NCBI GenBank assembly: GCA_051546255.1
Contig: CP128815.1
Coordinates: 558,001 to 622,000 of the forward strand
Direction: 5' to 3'
DNA length: 64,000 nt
From: Meyerozyma guilliermondii
Taxonomy: Eukaryota
Part shown: piece by piece, positions 51,625-62,075 of the stretch
Numbering within the stretch: position 1 is the stretch's first letter
Layout: the number at the start of each line of letters is the position of its first letter
Translations under genes and position numbers: made by a program
Notes under the pieces: generated by a model
Told to the model about the DNA's origin: nothing
Databases searched by the model: none
The model's input: the letters and a program-made list of their open reading frames with translations, nothing else

Positions 51625-53958
51625 TTACATTAAACAAACATTGCCTAATCCATGCTCCTTGATGTATTCTGGTCCGTACTCATCGTACTCGGCTTTGGAA
51701 ACGTAGCTTTTCTTGCTCTCATCAGATTGCGACCATAGCTTCATTCCTCGCCATGGATCCCTCATATAATCGGCGGCACTCCATACTTTCAACGGTACGT
51801 CTACCGGCAAGAATTGGCGCAATTCCGAGTGAAGACGGTCTGTAAAATTGGGCATTTGAACCCATCCGCCAGTCACGAAAACGTTACCACATAAATTGCG
51901 AGATTGTCCACCAACTGCAAAATTTCCATCCATACGGCGCACAACAAGATCCTCCACAAGCTCAGGAATTCCAGCTTGGTCCAAACCTGCCATATAAGGC
52001 TGGAAAAGTACTTCGGGAACTCTTATGCGCTCGACGTTCAAATGCAACTGGTGATTTTTTTTCAAGATTTCGGGATGTGAGTGTAGGTCTTCTGGCTCAG
52101 TGCCCTCTGCCTGCAATTTCACAGTAATGTTTTCACGAGGCCCATGAAGAAATTTGTGGAGGGCCGAATTACGCCAGTCAAAAGTTTGAGATGCCGCAAA
52201 TGTGTCTTCGTGGTGGAAACTGGGGTCGTAGTCGAGCAATTGTTGCTCAATCCGTAGCAATTCTTCGTGATCCGCTTCCTGCTCTTCTTGTAGCGCAGAG
52301 TTAGATATATCACGGTAGACTGCCCAGTCATCGTCATTGGCTCCAAAAGTGTCGTTGGGATCGTTATCAATGGTAGCCGAATTAACGTTCCTTCTGCGTC
52401 TCTTAGAACCAGCATCTGGATCTTGTGCGAGCGTCGCTATGTTCTTCATACGTTTCTGTGCTGCCATGGACTTTCTGTCTTTAAATGATTCCATCATCTT
52501 GGTACGATGCCTTATTCTGCCCACTACCTCATTCCACTGCTCACGAACCGTAGCACACCAGCCTTCCAAATCTCTGGCTCTCCACTCTTCTTGTTCCTTT
52601 TCACGCTGGATAGCCAACTCCTCCTCTTGACGCTTCTCTTCTTGGGCACGCAATCTCGCATCCATATGTCCTTTGAGAAGTTTCTGTTTTCTCTTTTCCT
52701 TGATTTGCTCGTCATTGAGCTCCTCATCAGGAACGTCGACCAACGGAAAGCTGGCTGCGGGATCCACATCTTCTTCTGCGTCGCCAACATCTTGCGATCT
52801 TGACTTTTTGAGGGTTTTCTCCAAACCTGCAACGTACTTATTGAAGTCTGCCATAGACGAAAACTCATCTTCAACAAGACGAGACTGAGCCTGTTTCGGA
52901 GTCATGGTCCCCAATTCTGCTTTGAGCTGTGTATAGTATTCGAGCTCTTTTTCTTTCTGTACGAGTTTTTCAAGACGCTTTTGGCGGGCTTGTTCCTGAA
53001 GACGACGACCTTGTTCTCTCTTTCTTTCAGCTTGTCGAGCGATCTCTTCTTCTGACTTTTTCTTTTCAACCGGCGCTATTTCCACCGGGGCCTGGAGGAT
53101 CACATCGGTTTTTTCCAAATTTTCCATATCGAGGTACGACGAGATTTCCAGCTGGTAATCTTTCAGAAAATAGCAGTGATCTGTGAGCATGGTAGCATAA
53201 TTTTGGTTGGTGAGCCGAGCGGGAAAGTACGGGTATTTGAGCGCAAGAAGCTTCTGAAGGTACTGGCCTGCCTGGTCGCCGCCATAGTCTATTCTCTTGG
53301 CTTGCTGAAGAATTCCACGGCCTTCAAGCACGGGAATCACATGGGTCAGAATGTTGTTGGCGCCTATAACCAAGCCCAGCGCTGGGCCCTTGCAGTTAGC
53401 ATAGAACGAGAAAAGAGAGTCAATTCCAAATGCCACTTGAGGTACACCATACGCCTCGAAAAGAAGCTCATACATTCCTTTGCGATGGTAAAGAGTATTA
53501 GCAAGTGGTTCTGTCATGATAATGGGATTATCCACTCTGTTGTTATTGCTGGTGACCCCCAAGTGTTCAAATGTGTAGTCCAACACCGTCTCGACGTTAT
53601 CCCAGTTGCTGATGAACGTACCGTCATAACTAGGGCGAATTGACGATTTTATCGAAGCGTCTCGGTAGACATCATGGCCCACAAGAGTCAAGTTGACGGC
53701 GCCCTTGCGGTCTCTATAACGAGCCAGCACGTTGGGAAACGTGTTGTTGGGCTCGGGACCGTTGGTAACACCAGCTCTAACATAACTGCTGCCGAAATCA
53801 ATGGCAATGGGCACACCAGGTTGATATTTGGAGTAAAAAGAATCGACTTCTGGAGGTGCTGAAAACTCCCTGAGACTAGTTACTGGACGGGGCGGCAAGG
53901 GAGCGGTGGAAACGGGAGTCCCCTGTCTTTTAGGAGTAGCAGCGGCCGAGGGAGCCAT
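51625..53958 (-). CDS. ARP5: INO80 complex actin-related protein Arp5
   Basis: IAIDFGS, FELYG-like LLFEAYG, coiled-coil insertion, DTFGANDDDW, ERIRVPEVLFQP, EYIKEHGLGN; ATG at 53958. Confidence 0.94.
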   Translation of the reverse strand: MAPSAAATPKRQGTPVSTAPLPPRPVTSLREFSAPPEVDSFYSKYQPGVPIAIDFGSSYVRAGVTNGPEPNNTFPNVLARYRDRKGAVNLTLVGHDVYRDASIKSSIRPSYDGTFISNWDNVETVLDYTFEHLGVTSNNNRVDNPIIMTEPLANTLYHRKGMYELLFEAYGVPQVAFGIDSLFSFYANCKGPALGLVIGANNILTHVIPVLEGRGILQQAKRIDYGGDQAGQYLQKLLALKYPYFPARLTNQNYATMLTDHCYFLKDYQLEISSYLDMENLEKTDVILQAPVEIAPVEKKKSEEEIARQAERKREQGRRLQEQARQKRLEKLVQKEKELEYYTQLKAELGTMTPKQAQSRLVEDEFSSMADFNKYVAGLEKTLKKSRSQDVGDAEEDVDPAASFPLVDVPDEELNDEQIKEKRKQKLLKGHMDARLRAQEEKRQEEELAIQREKEQEEWRARDLEGWCATVREQWNEVVGRIRHRTKMMESFKDRKSMAAQKRMKNIATLAQDPDAGSKRRRRNVNSATIDNDPNDTFGANDDDWAVYRDISNSALQEEQEADHEELLRIEQQLLDYDPSFHHEDTFAASQTFDWRNSALHKFLHGPRENITVKLQAEGTEPEDLHSHPEILKKNHQLHLNVERIRVPEVLFQPYMAGLDQAGIPELVEDLVVRRMDGNFAVGGQSRNLCGNVFVTGGWVQMPNFTDRLHSELRQFLPVDVPLKVWSAADYMRDPWRGMKLWSQSDESKKSYVSKAEYDEYGPEYIKEHGLGNVCLM

Positions 53959-54184
53959 GACGGAAGAGGAAGATGAAGGTACTGGAAATTGTGCGAGTGA
54001 GTTGAGGAGTGCAGAGAGCCAACGGTCTGCGCGCGCACTGAAGTCGCACTCCTTTACGTTTGTCGCTACGCACTCAAATTCTCCCCCAACACGCACTCGC
54101 ACCAATTGCTCGCACCGCACCAATTTCCTACGCACTCCTACTTTTCGCACTCGCCAATTGTCCCTCTCTCTCTCCGCAACTGCA

Positions 54185-55762
54185 ATGTCCGACGAACAAT
54201 TCAACGTACAAGGCTATAATATAGTCACCATTCTCAAGCGCTTGGAAGCGGCCACCTCGCGCTTGGAGGACATTACAATTTTCCAGGATGAGGTGACGCG
54301 TTCAAACGACGATGTTGCCTCGTTAAGTCTGTCGAAATCAAAGGCAATTTCCTCAAAAGACATTCCCGGAAACTCAACCAACTCAGTTCCCTCAGCTCCC
54401 CCAGCTCCCCCAGCTCAGCCAACTCCCGAAGACCCCAAATTCGTCACTGCGTTTGGCGATTTCATCACCTCCTCGGTGAATCCGTTCGTCGACCAGTCCA
54501 AGCAAATTGGCCCTATTGTGGGCGATGCCGCCACCTTATTTGCCCACGCGTTCGACGAGCAAGTGCACTTCTTGCGCGTGGTAGCACAGGCCAAGAAACC
54601 AGACATGGCAGATGCTGGTTTTCTTGCACTTCTCAAGCCCATTAACGAGGCAATTGAACAAATCAACCAACTCAAAGATACTAACCGCGGCACCAAAACT
54701 GCCAATCATCTCGCTACAATTAGCGAGGGGGCTTCCGTGTTGGGGTGGATCGTCTCTGATACCCCAGTGCTGTTGATTCCCGAGTTCAAGGACAGTGCCC
54801 AGTTCTGGGCCAACAGAGTGGTCAAGGAGTACAAGACAGAACCCCAGCACCAGGAATGGACAAGGTCGTTTTTGGGGATTTTCGATGACTTGAAGGCATA
54901 CGTCAAGGAATACCATCCTACGGGACCTAGCTGGAATCCATCTGGAAAGTTGTTGCTGGAGGTGGTTTCTCAATCGCCTAAAAAATCGGCTCCTTCTTCT
55001 CAATCTGGTTCAGTGCCCGCTCCTCCTCCGCCTCCTCCAGCCGACATCTTCTCCGAATCCTCCAAGAGCTCAGACAGCTCTTCCTCCGGCGGAATGAAGG
55101 CGGTGTTTGCCGATCTCAACCAGGGCGAGAATGTTACTTCGTCGCTCAAAAAGGTTGATAAACTGCAAATGACCCATAAAAACCCCGAATTGCGCCTGAG
55201 AGACCCCGCTAGTGCGCCAAAGAAACCATTGCCCCCTAAGAAACCCAGCAACTTGTCGGGAAACTCCAAAAAGAAACCCGCCAAAAAGGAGCTTGTAGAT
55301 GGCTCTAAGTGGATCATTGAAAACTTTTCAGAACAGGACATTTCTGAGCCCATAGTCATTGAGACAGACATGACACAGCTGGTGTTTATTGGAAACTGCC
55401 AGGGAATTACCGTGCAAATCAAAGGAAAGGCTAATGCCGTTTCCATCTCAGAAACAAAGAGTACGGGAGTAGCAGTTGATTCGCTCATTTCCGGACTTGA
55501 TGTCATCAAATCGTCCAAATTTGGCGTCCAGGTGACAGGAGTAGTACCCATGATCAGCATTGACTTGTGTGATGAAGGTTCCGTCTACTTATCACAAGAA
55601 TCAATCGATGCCGATGCTCAGGTGTACACCAGCAGTACCACCACGATGAACATATATGTGCCCAAGGATGGCGATTTTGTGGAATTGGCGGTGCCAGAGC
55701 AGTTCAAGCACTCGGTTAAGAACGGCAGTTTGACCAGCGAGGTGGTGGAACACGCCGGCTAA
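54185..55762 (+). CDS. SRV2: Adenylyl cyclase-associated protein (CAP)
   Basis: LKRLEAATSRLED, poly-Pro, WH2 LKKVDKSQMTHKNPELR, CARP domain ending EHAG; ATG at 54185. Confidence 0.96.
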   Translation: MSDEQFNVQGYNIVTILKRLEAATSRLEDITIFQDEVTRSNDDVASLSLSKSKAISSKDIPGNSTNSVPSAPPAPPAQPTPEDPKFVTAFGDFITSSVNPFVDQSKQIGPIVGDAATLFAHAFDEQVHFLRVVAQAKKPDMADAGFLALLKPINEAIEQINQLKDTNRGTKTANHLATISEGASVLGWIVSDTPVLLIPEFKDSAQFWANRVVKEYKTEPQHQEWTRSFLGIFDDLKAYVKEYHPTGPSWNPSGKLLLEVVSQSPKKSAPSSQSGSVPAPPPPPPADIFSESSKSSDSSSSGGMKAVFADLNQGENVTSSLKKVDKLQMTHKNPELRLRDPASAPKKPLPPKKPSNLSGNSKKKPAKKELVDGSKWIIENFSEQDISEPIVIETDMTQLVFIGNCQGITVQIKGKANAVSISETKSTGVAVDSLISGLDVIKSSKFGVQVTGVVPMISIDLCDEGSVYLSQESIDADAQVYTSSTTTMNIYVPKDGDFVELAVPEQFKHSVKNGSLTSEVVEHAG

Positions 55763-55887
55763 ACTATATAGGTATAGGTTCGACTGGCATCCAGTGCACC
55801 AGGGGCTCTTCAAGATCTCGGTGGAATTTCGTTTTCGTTTTCCGCACCCTACACCACGGTTATCTTTTTTCCTTCCTGCACTCGCGT

Positions 55888-55907
55888 CGAACCCGATGGA
55901 ACATTCA
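55888..55907. promoter_or_regulatory. Possible gapped heat-shock element upstream of YDJ1
   Basis: cGAAc-5 bp-gGAAcaTTCa. Confidence 0.4.
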
Positions 55908-55961
55908 CGTTGCCTGAAAAAAATTCATAAGAATAAGTAAGCTTTCTTCCACTGGTTAATC

Positions 55962-57188
55962 ATGGTCAAGGAAACGAAATTTTACGATATCTTGGGTGTG
56001 TCGCCTCTGGCGCAAGACACAGAGTTGAAGAAAGCATACAGAAAGGCCGCTCTCAAGTACCATCCCGATAAGAACCCTTCTCCCGAGGCAGCTGAGAAGT
56101 TTAAGGAAATCTCTCACGCATATGAAGTTCTCTCCGATGATCAAAAGAGAGAGGTTTACGACACTTATGGAGAAGAAGGATTGACCGGAGGTGGTCCTGG
56201 AGGAATGGGAGGCATGGGTGCCGAGGATATATTCTCACAATTCTTTGGTGGTGGATTTGGAGGTATGGGTGGTGGCGCATCCAGAGGTCCACAAAAGGGT
56301 AAGGACATCAAGCATTCCATCAGTTGTACATTGGAGGAGTTGTATAAGGGACGCACTGCGAAATTGGCGTTGAACAAGACGGTGTTGTGTAAGACATGTG
56401 ATGGCCGTGGAGGTAAAGAGGGTAAGATCAAGCAATGTAGCTCGTGTCATGGTCAAGGTATGAAGTTTGTTACAAGACAAATGGGTCCTATGATACAGAG
56501 ATTCCAAACTGTGTGTGATGTTTGTCAAGGATCTGGTGATATTTGCGATCCTAAGGACCGTTGTACTGCTTGTAAGGGTAAGAAGACTCAAAATGAGCGC
56601 AAGATTTTGCAAGTTCACATTGATCCTGGTATGAAGGATGGACAAAGAATTGTTTTTAGCGGCGAGGGTGACCAAGAACCCGGTGTCACTCCTGGTGATG
56701 TTGTGTTCGTGGTCGATGAAAGACCTCATGAAAAGTTCACCAGAAAGGGCAACGACTTAGTCTACGAAGCCGAGATCGATTTGCTCACGGCGTTGGCTGG
56801 TGGAGAAATTGCCTTCCCTCACGTTTCTGGAGACTACATCAAGTCCACCATTCTTCCAGGAGAAGTCATCGCTCCAGGCACCTTGAAGGTGATGGAGAAC
56901 CAAGGTATGCCAATCTATCGTCATGGAAGCCGTGGTAACTTGTTTGTCAAGTTCAATGTCAAGTTCCCACCTGCCAACTTTGCCGCCGAGGACAAGTTGA
57001 AGCTTCTCGAACAAGTGTTACCAGCAAGACAAACCGTCAACATCCCCAAGAAAGCCGAGGTGGACGAATGTGACTTGGTTGATGTCGATCCTCGTAAGCA
57101 CCAGAGTGGATCCAGACATGATTCCTACGATTCAGACGATGAGGAGGGTGGCCAAGGAGGTCCTGGCGTGCAATGTGCTTCGCAATAA
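55962..57188 (+). CDS. YDJ1: Type I Hsp40 co-chaperone
   Basis: J domain with HPD, G/F region, four CxxCxGxG repeats, C-terminal CaaX box CASQ. Confidence 0.97.
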   Translation: MVKETKFYDILGVSPLAQDTELKKAYRKAALKYHPDKNPSPEAAEKFKEISHAYEVLSDDQKREVYDTYGEEGLTGGGPGGMGGMGAEDIFSQFFGGGFGGMGGGASRGPQKGKDIKHSISCTLEELYKGRTAKLALNKTVLCKTCDGRGGKEGKIKQCSSCHGQGMKFVTRQMGPMIQRFQTVCDVCQGSGDICDPKDRCTACKGKKTQNERKILQVHIDPGMKDGQRIVFSGEGDQEPGVTPGDVVFVVDERPHEKFTRKGNDLVYEAEIDLLTALAGGEIAFPHVSGDYIKSTILPGEVIAPGTLKVMENQGMPIYRHGSRGNLFVKFNVKFPPANFAAEDKLKLLEQVLPARQTVNIPKKAEVDECDLVDVDPRKHQSGSRHDSYDSDDEEGGQGGPGVQCASQ

Positions 57189-57252
57189 GTTATATGGTAG
57201 AGCTAATACATTTGTCAAATTAAGTTAAAGATTAAATTGTAAATTATATTTA

Positions 57253-58713
57253 TTATGCTGTGGACTCGCTATCGGTCAGGTGTGGTGTTTGTGTTGGTGA
57301 ATGTTTCAATTCCTTGGAAATTGTCATAGCCATGTAGACGAGCAGTACATTTGATAAAAGACAAAGTGCTGCCATAAATGTGTAGCATCCGCCCAAACCC
57401 ATGGATTTGGTCATTTTATCAAGAACACCGACGAATAATGCTCCAAGAAGACAACGAACCAAGTTCATGCAACTTGTCAGTGTGGAACCTTTTCCAGGGT
57501 ATAAATCCACCAATAAAGTTGTAGCAGCAGATTGAAAAGATGCAGCTGCAAATGAGATCAAAATACTTGAAATGATGATAGATGCAACGTTCATGTGGAA
57601 ATGAAGACACCAGCCAAAGATAAGCAAGCCCACGATGATTAATAATGCTAAGGGAAGACAGATGGCTAATCTTGTCATATAAATATTGAATGGAGGACGT
57701 TCACTTTTGGGAAGTGAGCCGTATTTTTTTTCGTATTGGGCATGGCACCTTCTGTAGTAGGCATTGAGTAGGTAACCGGTCAAGAATGGACCAATTAAGC
57801 AGAAGATACCTTGAGGAAGATAGACCAAACCCACATGAATAATGGAGTAATTGTAAGGAGCCTTTTCCATAGACGATATGGATGTCAATGCCATGAACCA
57901 ACTAGCGTACTGGAGTCCCACTGGCACCAAAACAGAAAGCACCTGTTTGTCTATAAGAATCTTGAACGGATCCAAAAAATTTAATGGGACTTTTGGTCTT
58001 AATGTAGACATATCTTGGTCCATTTTTTTTTGGAAATGTGGTAATTTGATATACGGCAGACGATGCACAAAGTGTTTGGGAGTGATCAGACCATTTCCAG
58101 CTACGGAACGATGAGTTTCAGGCAAAATAAAAAATGCAAGCACAAAAGTTACCCCACTACCAATAGCCAAGAATTCAAATATTCCTCTCCAACCAAATCT
58201 TTGTAACAAAGCCGAACCAATGAGTCCACCAAACCCATTTCCGACCAAAAGTGTGCCACTGACAACTCCCACAAATCCTCCTCGGTTTGCTGGTGTGCAA
58301 ATATCTCCAGCAATTCCCAGATTAATGGCTATTACTGGTGCAATGCTAGCTGCCTGAAGACATCGAAGGAACAAAAGAAGCCAAAAAGCTTTAATTTGCG
58401 AGATTGCAATACAAACTGCAGTGTAGCAAATAATAGATAATAAGATAACCGGCCGTCGACCAAAGGCATCTGCAAATGTCAGTGTGAATGAAGGAGTTAT
58501 ACCTTGGAAAATCGAGTATGTCACCACCGAGATATTGATTTCCGAGGAGCTAACACCAAAATATTTTTCCAAAGTGGGAAGCGCAGGTACGTGAATCGTA
58601 CCCGATATAGAACTCCACACGCCGATTAGGGAAAGCACTATAGAAAGCACAAGTCTGTCGTAATGTTCGAATATGGAGTACGGAACAACATGCTCCTTTG
58701 TATCAGAATTCAT
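57253..58713 (-). CDS. MFS drug:H+ antiporter (DHA1; Aqr1/Qdr-like)
   Basis: YSIFQGITP, ADAFGRRP, FGWRGIF, LPETHRSVAGNG, LLVDLYP, NLVRCLLGA; adjacent to YDJ1 like AQR1. Confidence 0.88.
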   Translation of the reverse strand: MNSDTKEHVVPYSIFEHYDRLVLSIVLSLIGVWSSISGTIHVPALPTLEKYFGVSSSEINISVVTYSIFQGITPSFTLTFADAFGRRPVILLSIICYTAVCIAISQIKAFWLLLFLRCLQAASIAPVIAINLGIAGDICTPANRGGFVGVVSGTLLVGNGFGGLIGSALLQRFGWRGIFEFLAIGSGVTFVLAFFILPETHRSVAGNGLITPKHFVHRLPYIKLPHFQKKMDQDMSTLRPKVPLNFLDPFKILIDKQVLSVLVPVGLQYASWFMALTSISSMEKAPYNYSIIHVGLVYLPQGIFCLIGPFLTGYLLNAYYRRCHAQYEKKYGSLPKSERPPFNIYMTRLAICLPLALLIIVGLLIFGWCLHFHMNVASIIISSILISFAAASFQSAATTLLVDLYPGKGSTLTSCMNLVRCLLGALFVGVLDKMTKSMGLGGCYTFMAALCLLSNVLLVYMAMTISKELKHSPTQTPHLTDSESTA

Positions 58714-59199
58714 GAATCAAGTAAAATTAACAGGTTTCAAATTTATGGCTGCCATACGCCTTATATGTAAAAAGCAAGATGTGATGACATATCGGAGCCG
58801 AGATATAAACTCCGTAACCCGAGATCCGGCACGAGTTCCGGGCTTCTCTGCAGGTTTGACAGCCGATGGTCCTGCCGATGGATCTAATGGGTGCGAAAAC
58901 TCGAGTGAGAAGAAAAGCAACTTGAGTGCGAAGCTTCTTGTACAACAGCTACGAGTCAGAAACTAAGAAATCGATAATTGAAATGTAAAAAGGATCTGAG
59001 CAGAAAACTCGATGTTCATCTTGGAGTATGCCATTAATGAGGTTGAAAATAATTTTAGATTTGGCCGATTTGTTTGAAACTTCCCAAAACTACTCAACAG
59101 TTGTATTAAGTATATTGGTGTCACAATTTTATCTGAACGATATTTCCCAAGAAAACTCGACCAAGAATATGGAAGTATGGTTCAAATAATTTTGCATTT

Positions 59200-59630
59200 G
59201 GTATATTAGGTTTTACCCCAATTATAGAGAAGTTGCTACTATGATTTTTATAATAAAATACCAAAATAATCAAAAGCATCACTATAAGAATAAAATATCA
59301 TTAATAAAACTATACTACCTAGATTCAATGATTATTGATAGGATTTACTGATGCTAAAGGTTGCTTTTTTGTTCTATTCCTTCAAAAGCTATATTAGCTC
59401 AAGTCATTGAAATTGAAGTTGAAATAGCTAGAATTGATCTATTTTTCAAGTCGGTGACAGCTCATCGGACAACTGAGAGGTACAATGGGGTAAAAGAAGA
59501 CGATATAAAGTACTGTTCTTGTATTAATTACAATAAATAGAAAAGGTTTGGCAGTGGATACATTCATTCTGAGGATCCTACTAAAAGTATATAATTGTTT
59601 ATTATTAATTGGCTTCCTTGGTCATGTGTA
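59200..59630 (+). pseudogene. Probable NUMT: decayed LAGLIDADG homing endonuclease fragment
   Basis: AT-rich island; 59323-59376 reads IQW(TGA)LLIGFTDAKGCFFVL in the mitochondrial code; FGSGYI at 59547-59564. Boundaries approximate. Confidence 0.55.
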
Positions 59631-59813
59631 AGGCTCATTGGACGTTGACTATAACCCATAGAATTTACCTCAATTTTAGCGGTTCGAAGCTTAGAGAGCC
59701 GATTTTGCAACCATATGCGCGACCTGCATAATCTCAACGGTTCAAGTACTAAATGCATTCTATCGATTAGCTATTTAATGGGAATCAAAGAGTGTAGGTG
59801 TTAACCTAGCTAA

Positions 59814-61145
59814 TTACGTATTACCCTTGGAATTGTTATACTTCTTCGCGGGGGGGTTTTTGGGAGTGGTGATCATAAAATTGATTGACGAAGTCTTACC
59901 ACTATTGTTGGATCGGTGTCTCTTGGTTCCGTGCCCGGGCGAGTTATCTTCCAAATCTTCTCTTCTATGGTCTTCAGGCAGCTGAGCAAAAGGTGGAATA
60001 ATCTGACCGGGCATTGAAGGAACTAGGTAATGGCCCGGAGGAGGACCCGATGCTGGGGCTCCAGGAGGAGGTGGAGGACTGACGAAATATTGGTAATGCT
60101 GTTGTGGTGGTAAGTATTGAGAATTGAATGGACCTGAGTATACAATAGTTGGATATTTCAGGTTATAAGGTGAACCCAAATTACCACGACCATTAGTTTT
60201 ATAAGCTGGATACGCAGACCCTGGCGACGACCGATGAGATTGAATTGGACCCATTTGTGGAGTATGGTGTGGTGCTTGTTGGTTGGAGGTTTGTGGAGAT
60301 CGGTTTTGTTTTGGAGTTTGTTCAATGGGTCCTGGCAGGTTTTGTTGAACACTTTTAGGAGTTTGGGAAGAAGTGCTCAGATCGTGGTCTTTGGTTTCGA
60401 CTTGGTCACTGGCATCGGATCTCACTCTACGGTGATTCAATGGTGGCAGTCTGGAAGGAGAACGAGTATATATACTGTTGGCTCGGCTACCTTGTGGCTT
60501 GATACTTTCGGTAGTTTCTGTGAAAGATGGAAGCTGAGTGTGGTGAGTTCGTGGATCAGAACTTCGTCTAGGTATTGACTCAGCCATCATTTCGTGCATT
60601 GCTTCATGTCGACGAAGTTTATCCAGTTTTGCAGCCAAAGCTTCTAAAGTAGCTGAGTCGCCGAAAAGACTCGACAATGCTTCGCCAGTAATATTCATCG
60701 ACCTAGCCAACCGGAGCAACTCTACGGCTGCAACTGTGTAGTCGTGTTTTATGGCTTCTTGGCGAGTTTTTTCTTGTTCTGTCTTGTACCGAATCACCTC
60801 GGTTAGCGTTTCTGGTGTATATGGCCACACCGAGTCAGCAGAAAGAATTTGTGGTGGAATTCCCAACATCTGAGAAAGAGATTCATCGATCACAAGTCGG
60901 GCTGAATCTGTGGAAGGTGGGTGTTCTGGAGAGGGAGATTGTGGTTCACCAGCCATAATGCTTTCCACAGCGGTGGCATTGAGCAGCGACTGGTGTCCAT
61001 AGTGCTTATATTTGGAAGATGGATCAATATTGAACCGTTTAAGATTACTGATGAACGATTGGGAATGCGAATGCGAATGGGAACCTGGCGCCCGGTCGTT
61101 GATCGAAGCGTCATTGGACCTTTTGTTGGCTTCCGCAGCGCTCAT
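59814..61145 (-). CDS. Bop3-like low-complexity protein
   Basis: WPYTPETLTEVIRYKTEQEKTRQE...VELLRLA...LF resembles the N-terminal helical block of S. cerevisiae Bop3 as recalled; the rest is P/S/Q-rich. First ATG at 61145, possible GTG start at 61166. Confidence 0.6.
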   Translation of the reverse strand: MSAAEANKRSNDASINDRAPGSHSHSHSQSFISNLKRFNIDPSSKYKHYGHQSLLNATAVESIMAGEPQSPSPEHPPSTDSARLVIDESLSQMLGIPPQILSADSVWPYTPETLTEVIRYKTEQEKTRQEAIKHDYTVAAVELLRLARSMNITGEALSSLFGDSATLEALAAKLDKLRRHEAMHEMMAESIPRRSSDPRTHHTQLPSFTETTESIKPQGSRANSIYTRSPSRLPPLNHRRVRSDASDQVETKDHDLSTSSQTPKSVQQNLPGPIEQTPKQNRSPQTSNQQAPHHTPQMGPIQSHRSSPGSAYPAYKTNGRGNLGSPYNLKYPTIVYSGPFNSQYLPPQQHYQYFVSPPPPPGAPASGPPPGHYLVPSMPGQIIPPFAQLPEDHRREDLEDNSPGHGTKRHRSNNSGKTSSINFMITTPKNPPAKKYNNSKGNT

Positions 61146-62075
61146 GAGATTAGCAATCGACAACACTTTGAATGAGTTTATAGGGCATGTAGGAAAAGAC
61201 AGTTTATAAAAGGATGCAAATCAGGGTATCAAATATTATTTCCAAGCCAAATGACGGTACTCTATGATCTCCAACTGGCACGAATTCCGTAGTCCCGAAG
61301 GTTATCGCTGTTATATAAAAGATGGGCCGTAAGTTAAAGTCAGGGCTTTGATCGCCAGGTGCAAAGTTACTGTATTAGGCAATAAGGCTCTGCAACCTGA
61401 CGCAAGTATCAAAATTTCCCAATATGGTAATGTAATAGGCAATTTGCATACCCGAAACAGATACCCCCTGTGGGTTATTTCCTTTAACAGCTTGCCATCT
61501 CCAGATACATACAATAGTCCCCTGAACCTATATCCGATCGTATGCATTGCTATTATTCATTGAGAACAAGGGGGAATTAAACTTTTAATCAATGGCGATT
61601 TAGGTTCAAACGGCCCATCGTGGTTGCAGCTTGATGTTATCTTAAAACGCAAATCAATGATCTACATAATTCCCACATAGTTTTCTTGCCCGATCCATGC
61701 ATGTTGTAGATGCACGTTTATCATCGTATGCTGCCGCTTCTGTTGTGGCTACATCAACTTCCGCCGCACGCTTCCTGCACCCTTATTGTTCCTCGGCCTT
61801 AGGAAAGATGAATAAACTGTCGGGGCTAGAGGTCCGTAATGGACCCCAAAACTCTTGAAACTTCTCCATGTGGGGTGGTCACTCCCCTCCTTTGCAAAAT
61901 GCCGTTCGTTTTCTCTTTGGGTACTTAATTTACCGCTATCTTACCTATTGTGCTCAGAAGCCCGTGCTGCCCTGACCTGCATGTCGCGCCATCGACTGCG
62001 TCTCGATCCTTCGCTATTGCTGCAGGTTAACGCACAATTCAACCTGATTTGTCCTCCGGCATCATTTCATTACCC

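Noticed and set aside
55770..55805. GGTTCGACT resembling a tRNA T-loop (also GGTTCGAAG at 59681)
   Set aside because: Flanks do not form a T-stem and no cloverleaf or A-box is evident.
58950..59800. AT-rich gap as a centromere
   Set aside because: No CDEI/CDEIII elements, only about 1 kb long and better explained by a promoter plus a NUMT-like fragment; regional centromeres cannot be called from sequence alone.
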